Virus record (IMG/VR): IMGVR_UViG_3300042549_010209
Location: 1-52,462 of that record
DNA from: a virus
Lineage: Duplodnaviria > Caudoviricetes
Strand: one strand, 5' to 3'
Length of the DNA: 52,462 bases
The position numbers and the translations under genes were made by a program. Under the pieces are notes generated by a model. That model was not told the origin of the DNA. It made no database searches and saw nothing but the letters and a program-made list of their open reading frames with translations. Of the stretch, positions 1 through 7,079 are shown piece after piece. Position 1 is the stretch's first letter; each line of letters begins with the position of its first letter.

Positions 1-2
1 GA

Positions 3-1841
3 TACACCATCAATATCATATTGAACCAATCTATAGTAATGTAAAATAAATTGATCTATGTTATCCAATTGAGAATATTCAATTTTTTCTGTTGAATTAC
101 CTGCTGATTGGTTTTGTGCTACTTCTCTCCATGTTTCTCCATCTATTGATCTTTCAATACCAAAATAAGATGAATTTTGCTCTGAAGCTGTAGCCCATTC
201 TAAAATATTATATGTTGAATAAGCATTTCCATTGAAATAAAGTAATTCAACTGGTAGTGGTTGAGGTGAAGTAACTGAAATTCCAAATGTACCTACTGTT
301 CCACCATTGTATTCCCATACTCGAATATAAATTGTTTCATATTCAATGAAATCTGTTCTAGAGATAAATGACATAGCTCCATTTGGGGAACTATCATCGT
401 CACATTGTATCTCAACTAACGCTCCAGGAGTACCTCTATAAATTGCCATACCAGCATCAGTTATAACTCCCGTTTGTGTATCAAAATCCAATGAATTCAT
501 ATATTGTGGAACTGTTACTTTAAACCAAACATCTTCTCCAACATATGCAGCACAACTAGGCGTGGATTCTGTTGTAGTAGCAGTAGCATTAACATTTGTA
601 TAAGTTGTATATGTAACTGTATTTGATATAGTTAATGCAATTGCCCCTGATGGATTATCGTTAATTGGGGGTACAGGAGGAGCAGTACATGTCCTAGATA
701 TAGTAAATGTTCCAGTTGTTGAACTGCTAGTTAAATAATGAGCAACATAAATATAATATTGAATTCCTACTGTAGTAATAAATGTATATGTTTCAGTTAG
801 TGTTGAATTATCAATGTTAGTTATATAACTTAATCCGCTACATGATCCAGACATAAATAATAAACTATGATCAAATGTGGTTGTTGATGTAATAGTTGTT
901 TGTTGACCATCACCTGTAAAAGTATACCAAACACCATAACTAGATGACAATGAAAAAGGTGCAGTTTCAACAACGGCCCCTACTGTTGTTCCAGCTAATG
1001 AACTAGTACCACAAGGAATGTTTGTTGATCCAGAACAATAATCATTTGATGGAGGTGTTGGTGGTGGTGGTGGAGTCCAAGTAAATGTTAATCCGGATAC
1101 AGGAAAACATGATGCCGCCGAAGTAAATCTAACTGTATGTGCATTTGAAGTACCTGCAGTAGTACCATTTGGAGCACCCCAATTTGGAGTAGCATCTGGT
1201 ATCGCTGCTGTTAATCTTCTGTTGTTATAGTTTGTATTGGTTGATCCACGTAAACCAACCATTGGTTGGTAGGTAGTACTTGCTACAATAGTAGTCATGT
1301 TACCATAAACAATACGTACAACACCTGTTGATTTATTTATTCTAATTTGGAATGAAAATCTTTCATTTAAAACAAATGGGGTTGTGGTTGAATATCTTGC
1401 ACAGTTTTGCCATTGAAATATAACTTCAGTACCATTATCTTGCCACCTGCGTTCATATACTTGACCGGCAATTGCTGTACTTCGTAAATCCATATTCATA
1501 GCACAAATTACACCTGTAGCAGCTATAGATGATGAAATAGCCCCAGTTGTTCCATTTCCTGTAGTTGTAGAACCAACATTCATCCAAAGGGCACCATCAG
1601 CAGTCATGTTAACTGAAGTAATTATGGTATTGTTAAATGTGAATTGACTCCCAGCGGCTAAAGTGAAATAACTACCATCTGTATCATATGATGTGGCACC
1701 TGATGTAGTAGTTACTAATTGAGTACCACCTGTAATTGCTGTGTATGTACCTGTTGTTTCGCTAAATGTGTAAGAGTTAACTTGGGAGAATAGGTTTCCT
1801 AGAATTAATAGAAAATAAAATAAGATTAATAACTGTTTCAT
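3..1841 (-). CDS. Secreted T9SS-cargo-like protein (3' partial, runs off window)
   Basis: Not in ORF track because it is open at the edge. Manual translation: MKQLLILFYFLLILGNLFSQVNSYTF (signal peptide), Thr-rich domains, then PQPLPVELLYFNG..ILEWATASEQNSSYFGIERSIDGETW..AGNST..YYRLVQYDIDG, the module that typically precedes the Bacteroidota T9SS C-terminal sorting domain. Confidence 0.8.
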   Translation of the reverse strand, partial: MKQLLILFYFLLILGNLFSQVNSYTFSETTGTYTAITGGTQLVTTTSGATSYDTDGSYFTLAAGSQFTFNNTIITSVNMTADGALWMNVGSTTTGNGTTGAISSSIAATGVICAMNMDLRSTAIAGQVYERRWQDNGTEVIFQWQNCARYSTTTPFVLNERFSFQIRINKSTGVVRIVYGNMTTIVASTTYQPMVGLRGSTNTNYNNRRLTAAIPDATPNWGAPNGTTAGTSNAHTVRFTSAASCFPVSGLTFTWTPPPPPTPPSNDYCSGSTNIPCGTSSLAGTTVGAVVETAPFSLSSSYGVWYTFTGDGQQTTITSTTTFDHSLLFMSGSCSGLSYITNIDNSTLTETYTFITTVGIQYYIYVAHYLTSSSTTGTFTISRTCTAPPVPPINDNPSGAIALTISNTVTYTTYTNVNATATTTESTPSCAAYVGEDVWFKVTVPQYMNSLDFDTQTGVITDAGMAIYRGTPGALVEIQCDDDSSPNGAMSFISRTDFIEYETIYIRVWEYNGGTVGTFGISVTSPQPLPVELLYFNGNAYSTYNILEWATASEQNSSYFGIERSIDGETWREVAQNQSAGNSTEKIEYSQLDNIDQFILHYYRLVQYDIDGV

Positions 1842-1853
1842 GTTGGTTTTGTT

Positions 1854-1862
1854 TATAAATAT
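1854..1862 (-). promoter_or_regulatory. Putative late promoter motif ATATTTATA
   Basis: Motif recurs just upstream of many structural-type genes in the window. Confidence 0.6.
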
Positions 1863-1874
1863 TTTAAATAAAAA

Positions 1875-2336
1875 AAGTATAGAAGTTTTTGACGGGTTAT
1901 TTACTGTTTACCGTTATCCGTTTATTATTTGCTTGGAACCATCTAAAGTTCCTTTCATTACTACTTTATCGATTCTAGAATCAATGTAGCTGCTTAGATC
2001 AGTACGCACTGTATGGACTGCCTTGCCTGTTTCTTGTCGTGCTTGATCAATTTGGTTCATAATAGTTTTTTCTACCATTGTGATATCACGTCCTGTACTT
2101 TCAAATTTACGCCATACGTTATTGTAATCATCTTTCATAGCATCATACAATTCACTACGTGTACGTTCTAGTGAAGAATTTAAATATTCTTGTTGTTTTT
2201 CTAGTTTATTAATCTTAGCTAAACCTGCAACAATAGAAGCTGATATAAAAGCTGCTACAATCGTAAGCATACCTAAAACAAATGAGGTTATTTCCATAAT
2301 TTTTAATTTTTAATATGTCAAAGAACTTCTATACTT
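1875..2336. repeat. Inverted repeat (1875-1893 / 2317-2336) enclosing ORF 1914-2297; upstream arm contains boxA-like GTTCTTTGACAT
   Basis: Sense AAGTATAGAAGTTCTTTGAC pairs with GTCAAAAACTTCTATACTT (19 bp, one bulged C). Confidence 0.75.
1914..2297 (-). CDS. Hypothetical membrane-anchored coiled-coil protein
   Basis: N-terminal hydrophobic helix followed by a heptad-rich segment. Confidence 0.75.
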   Translation of the reverse strand: MEITSFVLGMLTIVAAFISASIVAGLAKINKLEKQQEYLNSSLERTRSELYDAMKDDYNNVWRKFESTGRDITMVEKTIMNQIDQARQETGKAVHTVRTDLSSYIDSRIDKVVMKGTLDGSKQIING

Positions 2337-2347
2337 GTCCCCAATAT

Positions 2348-2394
2348 AAAAAACCCCTAGTAGTATTCCAAGCGTCCTTGGCACTTGCTAGGGG
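2348..2394 (-). terminator. Rho-independent terminator-like hairpin closing the ncRNA candidate
   Basis: CCCCTAG...CCAAG-GACG-CTTGG...CTAGGGG followed by TTTTTT. Confidence 0.7.
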
Positions 2395-2725
2395 GTGATA
2401 CTTGGTTATAGGGTTGTCTATGAAGGCACCGTCGCGCACCCATAAAGCAGATCCCATTTCCCAATATCGAGAAAGACCATCTGAGTGAGCAGATCTAACG
2501 GTATGCCCGATGGTACTTGACCTATGGATTCTATCCACAGGGGGGAGTGTTACATTGATTTGGGTTCAATGTAGAAAACCTTTATACATTCCCTACCAAA
2601 GGTAAAGAACTATACTCTACAACCGGAGAAATAGAGGATCCCAATGTTTCCATTGGTGGGGTAAAAGACCTACCCTGGTACGCTCGATCGGGGACACCCC
2701 AGTCCAGAAGCGTGGTAGGTACTGT
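2348..2725 (-). ncRNA. Candidate large structured ncRNA (~380 nt), class unidentified
   Basis: GC-enriched versus flanks, many hairpins (ACCTACC/GGTAGGT, CCAATG-GAAA-CATTGG, TACATTGA/TCAATGTA, CCTGTGGAT/ATCCATAGG), bounded by late motif 2731-2739 and a terminator. Confidence 0.6.
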
Positions 2726-2729
2726 CAAA

Positions 2730-3092
2730 CTATAAATATTGTTTAAGTAATTCTCCTTTATAGTGTTTTTCATATGTTCCTCGAGGATCATCATAATACA
2801 TTGCCATATATGTTGTCATTTTATCAAATGATTCAAATACAAATGTTTGACAACCAACACTAACAATAAACCCATTATGTACGTGTTTAATAGTTACATC
2901 ATATTGGGCTAATTTATCATTTATGTCTACAGGCATTGGTATTGATTCCTCTCTACACACTTCTTCTCTATCATATGCTTCAAGTGCGGGTTCTCCTTCC
3001 TGAGGAAGTTCTCCCATGTCAATAATTTCTTCTAGTGCGTCTTGAAATGCTCTTCCTAGATCTGTTACTCGTTCTTCTTGTCTTCTATTCAT
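2730..3092 (-). CDS. Hypothetical protein
   Basis: 120-aa ORF with ATG start, A-rich leader, typical composition. Confidence 0.75.
   Translation of the reverse strand: MNRRQEERVTDLGRAFQDALEEIIDMGELPQEGEPALEAYDREEVCREESIPMPVDINDKLAQYDVTIKHVHNGFIVSVGCQTFVFESFDKMTTYMAMYYDDPRGTYEKHYKGELLKQYL
2731..2739 (-). promoter_or_regulatory. Putative late promoter motif ATATTTATA upstream of ncRNA candidate
   Basis: Exact copy of the recurring motif, not followed by a credible ORF. Confidence 0.55.
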
Positions 3093-3111
3093 ATAACTTA
3101 TTTTATTTTAG

Positions 3112-3184
3112 TTGTCCCACAAGGGCTCGAACCTCGACTCTTCTGTACCAAAAACAGACGTGTTGCCAATTACACCATAGGACA
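3112..3184 (-). tRNA. tRNA-Gln(TTG)
   Basis: Acceptor TGTCCTA/TGGGACA, D arm GTGT/ACAC, anticodon arm TCTGT-TTTTGGT-ACAGA, T arm CGAGG-TTCGAGC-CCTTG; no encoded CCA. Confidence 0.92.
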
Positions 3185-3188
3185 ATTT

Positions 3189-3285
3189 AATAGAAGGCGA
3201 GAGCTTATTGCGATTCGTCTCTCTCGTCCACTTACCGGGTCATAGACGCCTCTATCCGGGTTGTGGCTTCCGCTTGCCTTCTATT
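3189..3285 (-). ncRNA. Small multi-branched structured RNA candidate
   Basis: 10-bp closing stem AATAGAAGGC/GCCTTCTATT enclosing internal hairpins (ATAGA-GGCG-TCTAT, GAGAG/CTCTC). Confidence 0.45.
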
Positions 3286-3344
3286 TGAAATTACTAAAAC
3301 CCATCTCCGTTGAGGTAAGGAAACTTCATTTCTTGTTTTTTGCG

Positions 3345-3429
3345 TAGTCAGGACAGGATTCGAACCTGTACTAAACCTGGTATACACCATATTAAATTAG
3401 GGACGTGTTACCAATTACACCACCTGACT
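3345..3429 (-). tRNA. tRNA-like element / pseudo-tRNA (no assignable anticodon)
   Basis: Perfect acceptor AGTCAGG/CCTGACT, D arm GTGT/ACAC and T arm ACAGG-TTCGAAT-CCTGT, but the middle region cannot form a canonical anticodon stem. Confidence 0.65.
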
Positions 3430-3434
3430 ATATT

Positions 3435-3592
3435 GGTAAAGATTTGTAAGCCAACGTATGATTACCCTTACGTCTCGTTTCTTTTGTCTTCGGCACTCTA
3501 CCATTGCAAGTACGCCTTATCTTGCGCCGCCGTTCATGAATTTTCCGAAATTCTAACGGCTGTTACTGTTAACTATCGGAATCAAGTAACTA
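3435..3592 (-). ncRNA. Structured spacer RNA candidate between tRNA genes
   Basis: Hairpins GCCGTT-A-GAATTT-CGGA-AAATTC-ATG-AACGGC, GCAAG/CTTGC, ACGTA/TACGT, GTTAC/GTAAC. Confidence 0.35.
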
Positions 3593-3595
3593 CTG

Positions 3596-3668
3596 TAGCG
3601 GGGGCCGGATTCGAACCAACGTCCTCGGGTTATGAGCCCGCCGAGAATACCATCTTCTCCACCCCACT
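3596..3668 (-). tRNA. tRNA-Met(CAT), initiator type
   Basis: Cloverleaf with anticodon arm CGGG-CTCATAA-CCCG (three G-C pairs) and A11:U24, both initiator hallmarks. Confidence 0.9.
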
Positions 3669-3676
3669 ATCTTATT

Positions 3677-3775
3677 TTATTTCCTTTGTTTGTTTTTTCT
3701 GCTTGCTTCTGTTTTTACAAACGTTATCCAACCTTGTAATTGTTCTACTCTTTGTTTTGCACTTACTTTACTCAT
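3677..3775 (-). CDS. Small basic hypothetical protein (32 aa)
   Basis: Manual translation MSKVSAKQRVEQLQGWITFVKTEASRKNKQRK, directly downstream of a promoter. Confidence 0.5.
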   Translation of the reverse strand: MSKVSAKQRVEQLQGWITFVKTEASRKNKQRK

Positions 3776-3792
3776 TATTTTTTATTTATGTT

Positions 3793-3824
3793 TTAATATA
3801 CAAATTCTATTTTACTTTTCCAAG
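3793..3824 (-). promoter_or_regulatory. Bacteroidota-type sigma promoter driving the tRNA/ncRNA island
   Basis: CTTG-N20-TATATTAA. Confidence 0.6.
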
Positions 3825-4277
3825 CTCTTTTTCAACTTCTTTAATATGCTTACACTTTCTATCTTTTGCTCTCCAAACACCAGGACAATCACAACGTAAA
3901 AATCCATTCTTTGTTTCGTTTACCATATATGTTCCACCCCCACTTGAACTTTCAAATGTCCAGCTTTTCAATTCTGGTTGTTTTGGTCGCAATGTCGTTT
4001 CCTCTACTTTAATTTTAGGTGTATTGTCAATTACTATAATATCATCTAATGTTGTTTCAGGATGACATTCAATACCCGCAGGCATAATCACTACTTTATC
4101 GTATAATCTTGCTATTGCAACAGGTAAATAAGCATGTTTTTCAACAGTATACTTAAATGATCTACAAAACCCCAATGTTATCCCATCGCGTTGTGGGTAA
4201 ATAGTGGTTTCGTTACTTAAAACTATTTTTGTTTCTTTTCTACCATCTTCGTATTCTAAAACTAATTCCTTTAACAT
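3807..4277 (-). CDS. SWIM zinc-finger protein
   Basis: C-terminal Y-x-V...CDCPG...CKHI motif. Confidence 0.75.
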   Translation of the reverse strand: MLKELVLEYEDGRKETKIVLSNETTIYPQRDGITLGFCRSFKYTVEKHAYLPVAIARLYDKVVIMPAGIECHPETTLDDIIVIDNTPKIKVEETTLRPKQPELKSWTFESSSGGGTYMVNETKNGFLRCDCPGVWRAKDRKCKHIKEVEKELGKVK

Positions 4278-4320
4278 AACCTTTATTTGAATTAAATATA
4301 CGAAAATAAGTTTAAATCTC

Positions 4321-4638
4321 CTAGCTTTTAATTTTTTCCTTCAAAAACTTTATTGCTTTAACAATCTCAGCACATCCTTCATACAACTCATGTTTTTCAT
4401 ATATTGGTAAATTACTTTCCAATGTTGTTATAAAGTCATTCCTATCAACTGTTATATCATATATTGTTTGTTCCTGTTCAATTGAAACAGAAAGTGCATG
4501 AAGGTGTCTTTTTCTTCCCTTCAAATTTTTCAAAATGGTCTCTACTAAGGCCTTAGATATTCTAATGTCTTTCCTTGAAACCAATTTTTCAAATTCTTCA
4601 CTATCAAATACATTAATTTCTACTGCCATATCTCTCAT
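4321..4638 (-). CDS. Hypothetical protein
   Basis: 105-aa ORF in operon context. Confidence 0.75.
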   Translation of the reverse strand: MRDMAVEINVFDSEEFEKLVSRKDIRISKALVETILKNLKGRKRHLHALSVSIEQEQTIYDITVDRNDFITTLESNLPIYEKHELYEGCAEIVKAIKFLKEKIKS

Positions 4639-4639
4639 A

Positions 4640-4795
4640 TTAAAATAAATTTAAAAACTTAGGATCGATTTCTTTCCCCTTTAATTTACTAAATTTCTCA
4701 TCATTCTCCAACATCTTTGTAGCAAGCTTCTCAAGTTGTTTCTCCTTTTGCTTGTCATAGTCTTTGACTATGTTTTTATGTTTCTTGTTTTTCAT
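4640..4795 (-). CDS. Small Lys-rich hypothetical protein (51 aa)
   Basis: Manual translation MKNKKHKNIVKDYDKQKEKQLEKLATKMLENDEKFSKLKGKEIDPKFLNLF; fills the gap exactly, with late-like motif ATATTTATC upstream. Confidence 0.6.
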   Translation of the reverse strand: MKNKKHKNIVKDYDKQKEKQLEKLATKMLENDEKFSKLKGKEIDPKFLNLF

Positions 4796-4809
4796 TTCAA
4801 TGATAAATA

Positions 4810-5457
4810 TTATTTTTTTCTTGAAACTAAATCATATGGATCATCACTTACCTTAGCTTCAAATCCTCCTAGTTCTTCTAACCGTTTTTTAGTATAACTA
4901 TCTACCTGAAATTCAATAGCATCACTTGTTCTGTATGCACCATGTCCTTCCAACGCTTCAATATCTTTTTCTGTAAATACGTTTCCAATATTCAAAAAAT
5001 GACAATTGTAACAACATAACTGTGCGTTTCCATTTGTATAATCGTATTTATTTGAATTCAAAAAAACCATAAGCAATGGTATCTTACCATCAACTATCCT
5101 TTTTTCACTGTACCCACAATAGTAACATTGCTCTATTATATACCCAGATTCAATTAATTTCCACCTTACTTTATCTGGGTTGAATGACGAGGCATCTACT
5201 ATTCCATTAACTATTTCCTCAATTGGGGCTATTTTACCAAAATGACTATGGGTCAAAAATTTAGGTATACCTTTACCACTTTGATTTTTATGTAACTCAA
5301 ATAATGATACTCCCGTTTCCTCGTCCTTATATGCTTTCATAAACGGCTTTAAATGCTGGTAAGAGCAATTTAAATAACGGGCGGCGGCTCTAACTGATCT
5401 AGTTGTTTTCATCGCCGCTAAGCATTGTTCTTTCGATATAGGTTTTGGTTTAGCCAT
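4810..5457 (-). CDS. HTH plus degenerate HNH-like zinc-binding protein
   Basis: SVRAAARYLNCSY (HTH-like), CYYCG...LCCYNCH. Confidence 0.6.
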   Translation of the reverse strand: MAKPKPISKEQCLAAMKTTRSVRAAARYLNCSYQHLKPFMKAYKDEETGVSLFELHKNQSGKGIPKFLTHSHFGKIAPIEEIVNGIVDASSFNPDKVRWKLIESGYIIEQCYYCGYSEKRIVDGKIPLLMVFLNSNKYDYTNGNAQLCCYNCHFLNIGNVFTEKDIEALEGHGAYRTSDAIEFQVDSYTKKRLEELGGFEAKVSDDPYDLVSRKK

Positions 5458-5458
5458 C

Positions 5459-5773
5459 TTATAAATCCTCTAGACCATCAAGTAATGTATTGTCCCAATC
5501 TTTCAAATTATCGTCTCCATCATTGTTCATTTCCGTTTTATCTAAAATGTCAAATGATGATTTTTGGTTGTTTTGTTTTTCAAAACGATCAAACTCTTCC
5601 GGTTCCATCAAAATAATATCTGTCCAAGTATGGTCTTTTTCTCCAAACATCATTGGTACTCCTCTTTTTGCTCCTGTGGTTGAACATTCAACACACGTTT
5701 TTGCACTTGGCAACGCTTTAATCCTTAATGGATTAATTTCATGCCTGCACTTTATACATAATCTACTTTCCAT
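5459..5773 (-). CDS. TraR/DksA C4-type zinc-finger protein
   Basis: CIKCRHEINPLRIKALPSAKTCVECS matches C-x2-C-x3-I-x3-R-x2-A-x-P-x4-C-x2-C. Confidence 0.8.
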   Translation of the reverse strand: MESRLCIKCRHEINPLRIKALPSAKTCVECSTTGAKRGVPMMFGEKDHTWTDIILMEPEEFDRFEKQNNQKSSFDILDKTEMNNDGDDNLKDWDNTLLDGLEDL

Positions 5774-6155
5774 CGTATTGTTTTAAAAATTTATATAATT
5801 GGGTTGGTGTTTTTATTATGTGTTTTTTATCGTTTTCATCAATCAAAGGTAATATTGATCCGTCTGGTTCAATGCTTTCAAACACCCACCATAAAATAAT
5901 AGATGCTTTTACTTCACCATATATTTTTGTTAAGGTCATTTCAAAAACACGTATAAATCTATCTTCATAGTCAACCAAGTTAATGCCCAATGAGCTAACA
6001 ATAGCAGACGAAGCATCTATTTGACATAGTTCTTCAATCAAAGCCATAAAATACTCTTCTTCTAGTTTTTTAATAGACTTTTCTTTTTCTTTTACTTGAA
6101 CGCCCTTTCCTATCAATTCGGATAGGTTTTTGAATTTATTTTCTTTTTCGCTCAT
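5763..6155 (-). CDS. Hypothetical protein
   Basis: 130-aa ORF overlapping neighbours. Confidence 0.75.
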   Translation of the reverse strand: MSEKENKFKNLSELIGKGVQVKEKEKSIKKLEEEYFMALIEELCQIDASSAIVSSLGINLVDYEDRFIRVFEMTLTKIYGEVKASIILWWVFESIEPDGSILPLIDENDKKHIIKTPTQLYKFLKQYDGK

Positions 6156-6309
6156 ATTCTTCTACATTAAAAACAGTTAAAAAATCATCAACAGGCATTC
6201 GCTTAATGTGTGATGCTATTAAAACAGCGTCATCAAAGTTAATTGCTTCAAATTTACCGTGTGGTTCCTTGGTTTTATCTAATTTGTTATAGTAAATATA
6301 CTGTTTCAT
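6136..6309 (-). CDS. Small hypothetical protein
   Basis: Likely start MKQYIYY at 6309, coupled to the upstream stop. Confidence 0.6.
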   Translation of the reverse strand: MKQYIYYNKLDKTKEPHGKFEAINFDDAVLIASHIKRMPVDDFLTVFNVEEYERKRK

Positions 6310-7079
6310 AAAATAAATTTTTGGTTTGTATCTGGGTTGTGGTGAATGTAACTTCCCCATTTATATTTTGCGTATTCGTGTCCTGTTTGTTCTGCTTCTT
6401 GTCTTTTTTCTCCATTAGTTGAAATTGAAGCAAAGTGATAGAAGTGACAATTCCATGTTCGAATCATTTTTAAATTTGACATTGAACATTTTAAAAAGAA
6501 ATCCCAATCTGCTACCATCCCCATTTCAAAATTTTCATCCCATCCACCCAATCGAATAAAATCGTATTTGTTCATGAATATAGGCAATGTTGAACCACAT
6601 TCTTCTTTTTTATCACCCGAAGCGTAATGATAATCAAACAACCAAAATTTTTCTAGATCAAATGTTTCTGGTGTTGTTCCTAAATCTTCTATAATGAATT
6701 GTTTGAACATAGACGGATATGGTTCAATTTGGTTTGGTGTTATAACAGCACCATCTTCCCAATCATCTTCTAATGTTGTATCCCAGAATCTAGGAAATAC
6801 ATTATCGTCATTTACAATTAATATTTTGTCGTACCTTGCATTATAAACACCTAAATTAGTTGCTCTACATAAACCAACGTTTCCTGTTAATTCTAGAACA
6901 TTAATATGTTCAGCCCATTTTTCAAGTACCTCTTTGTTTATGTCATAGAAACCATCAACAACAACCATAATTTGGTTTTTGTTTTGTTGTCCTTCAATTG
7001 CAGAACGTAAACATAAATCAAGTACGTCTGGTTCTTTGTATGTTGGTATTATTACTGATATTAAATGTGGGTTTTCCAT
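6306..7079 (-). CDS. Glycosyltransferase family 2
   Basis: ISVIIPTY, VVVDG, NDD, GGWDE, DWDF motifs. Confidence 0.9.
   Translation of the reverse strand: MENPHLISVIIPTYKEPDVLDLCLRSAIEGQQNKNQIMVVVDGFYDINKEVLEKWAEHINVLELTGNVGLCRATNLGVYNARYDKILIVNDDNVFPRFWDTTLEDDWEDGAVITPNQIEPYPSMFKQFIIEDLGTTPETFDLEKFWLFDYHYASGDKKEECGSTLPIFMNKYDFIRLGGWDENFEMGMVADWDFFLKCSMSNLKMIRTWNCHFYHFASISTNGEKRQEAEQTGHEYAKYKWGSYIHHNPDTNQKFIL

Noticed and set aside
2348-2725. tmRNA or RNase P identity for the ncRNA candidate
   Set aside because: Plus-strand GGGGGTGAT resembles a tmRNA start, but no T-loop/CCA 3' end was found on either strand, and no GAGGAAAGUCC RNase P core
2329-2794. Minus-strand ORFs 2329-2538 and 2582-2794
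   Set aside because: Atypical composition, one runs through a terminator and the other overlaps a real gene; the region is better explained as structured RNA
3345-3429. Ochre suppressor tRNA or alternative genetic code
   Set aside because: TTA occurs in the middle region but no anticodon stem supports it; genes end normally at TAA/TAG/TGA without fragmentation
3340-4065. 241-aa plus-strand ORF
   Set aside because: Antisense to two tRNA-type genes and the SWIM gene; translation is typical of tRNA shadow ORFs
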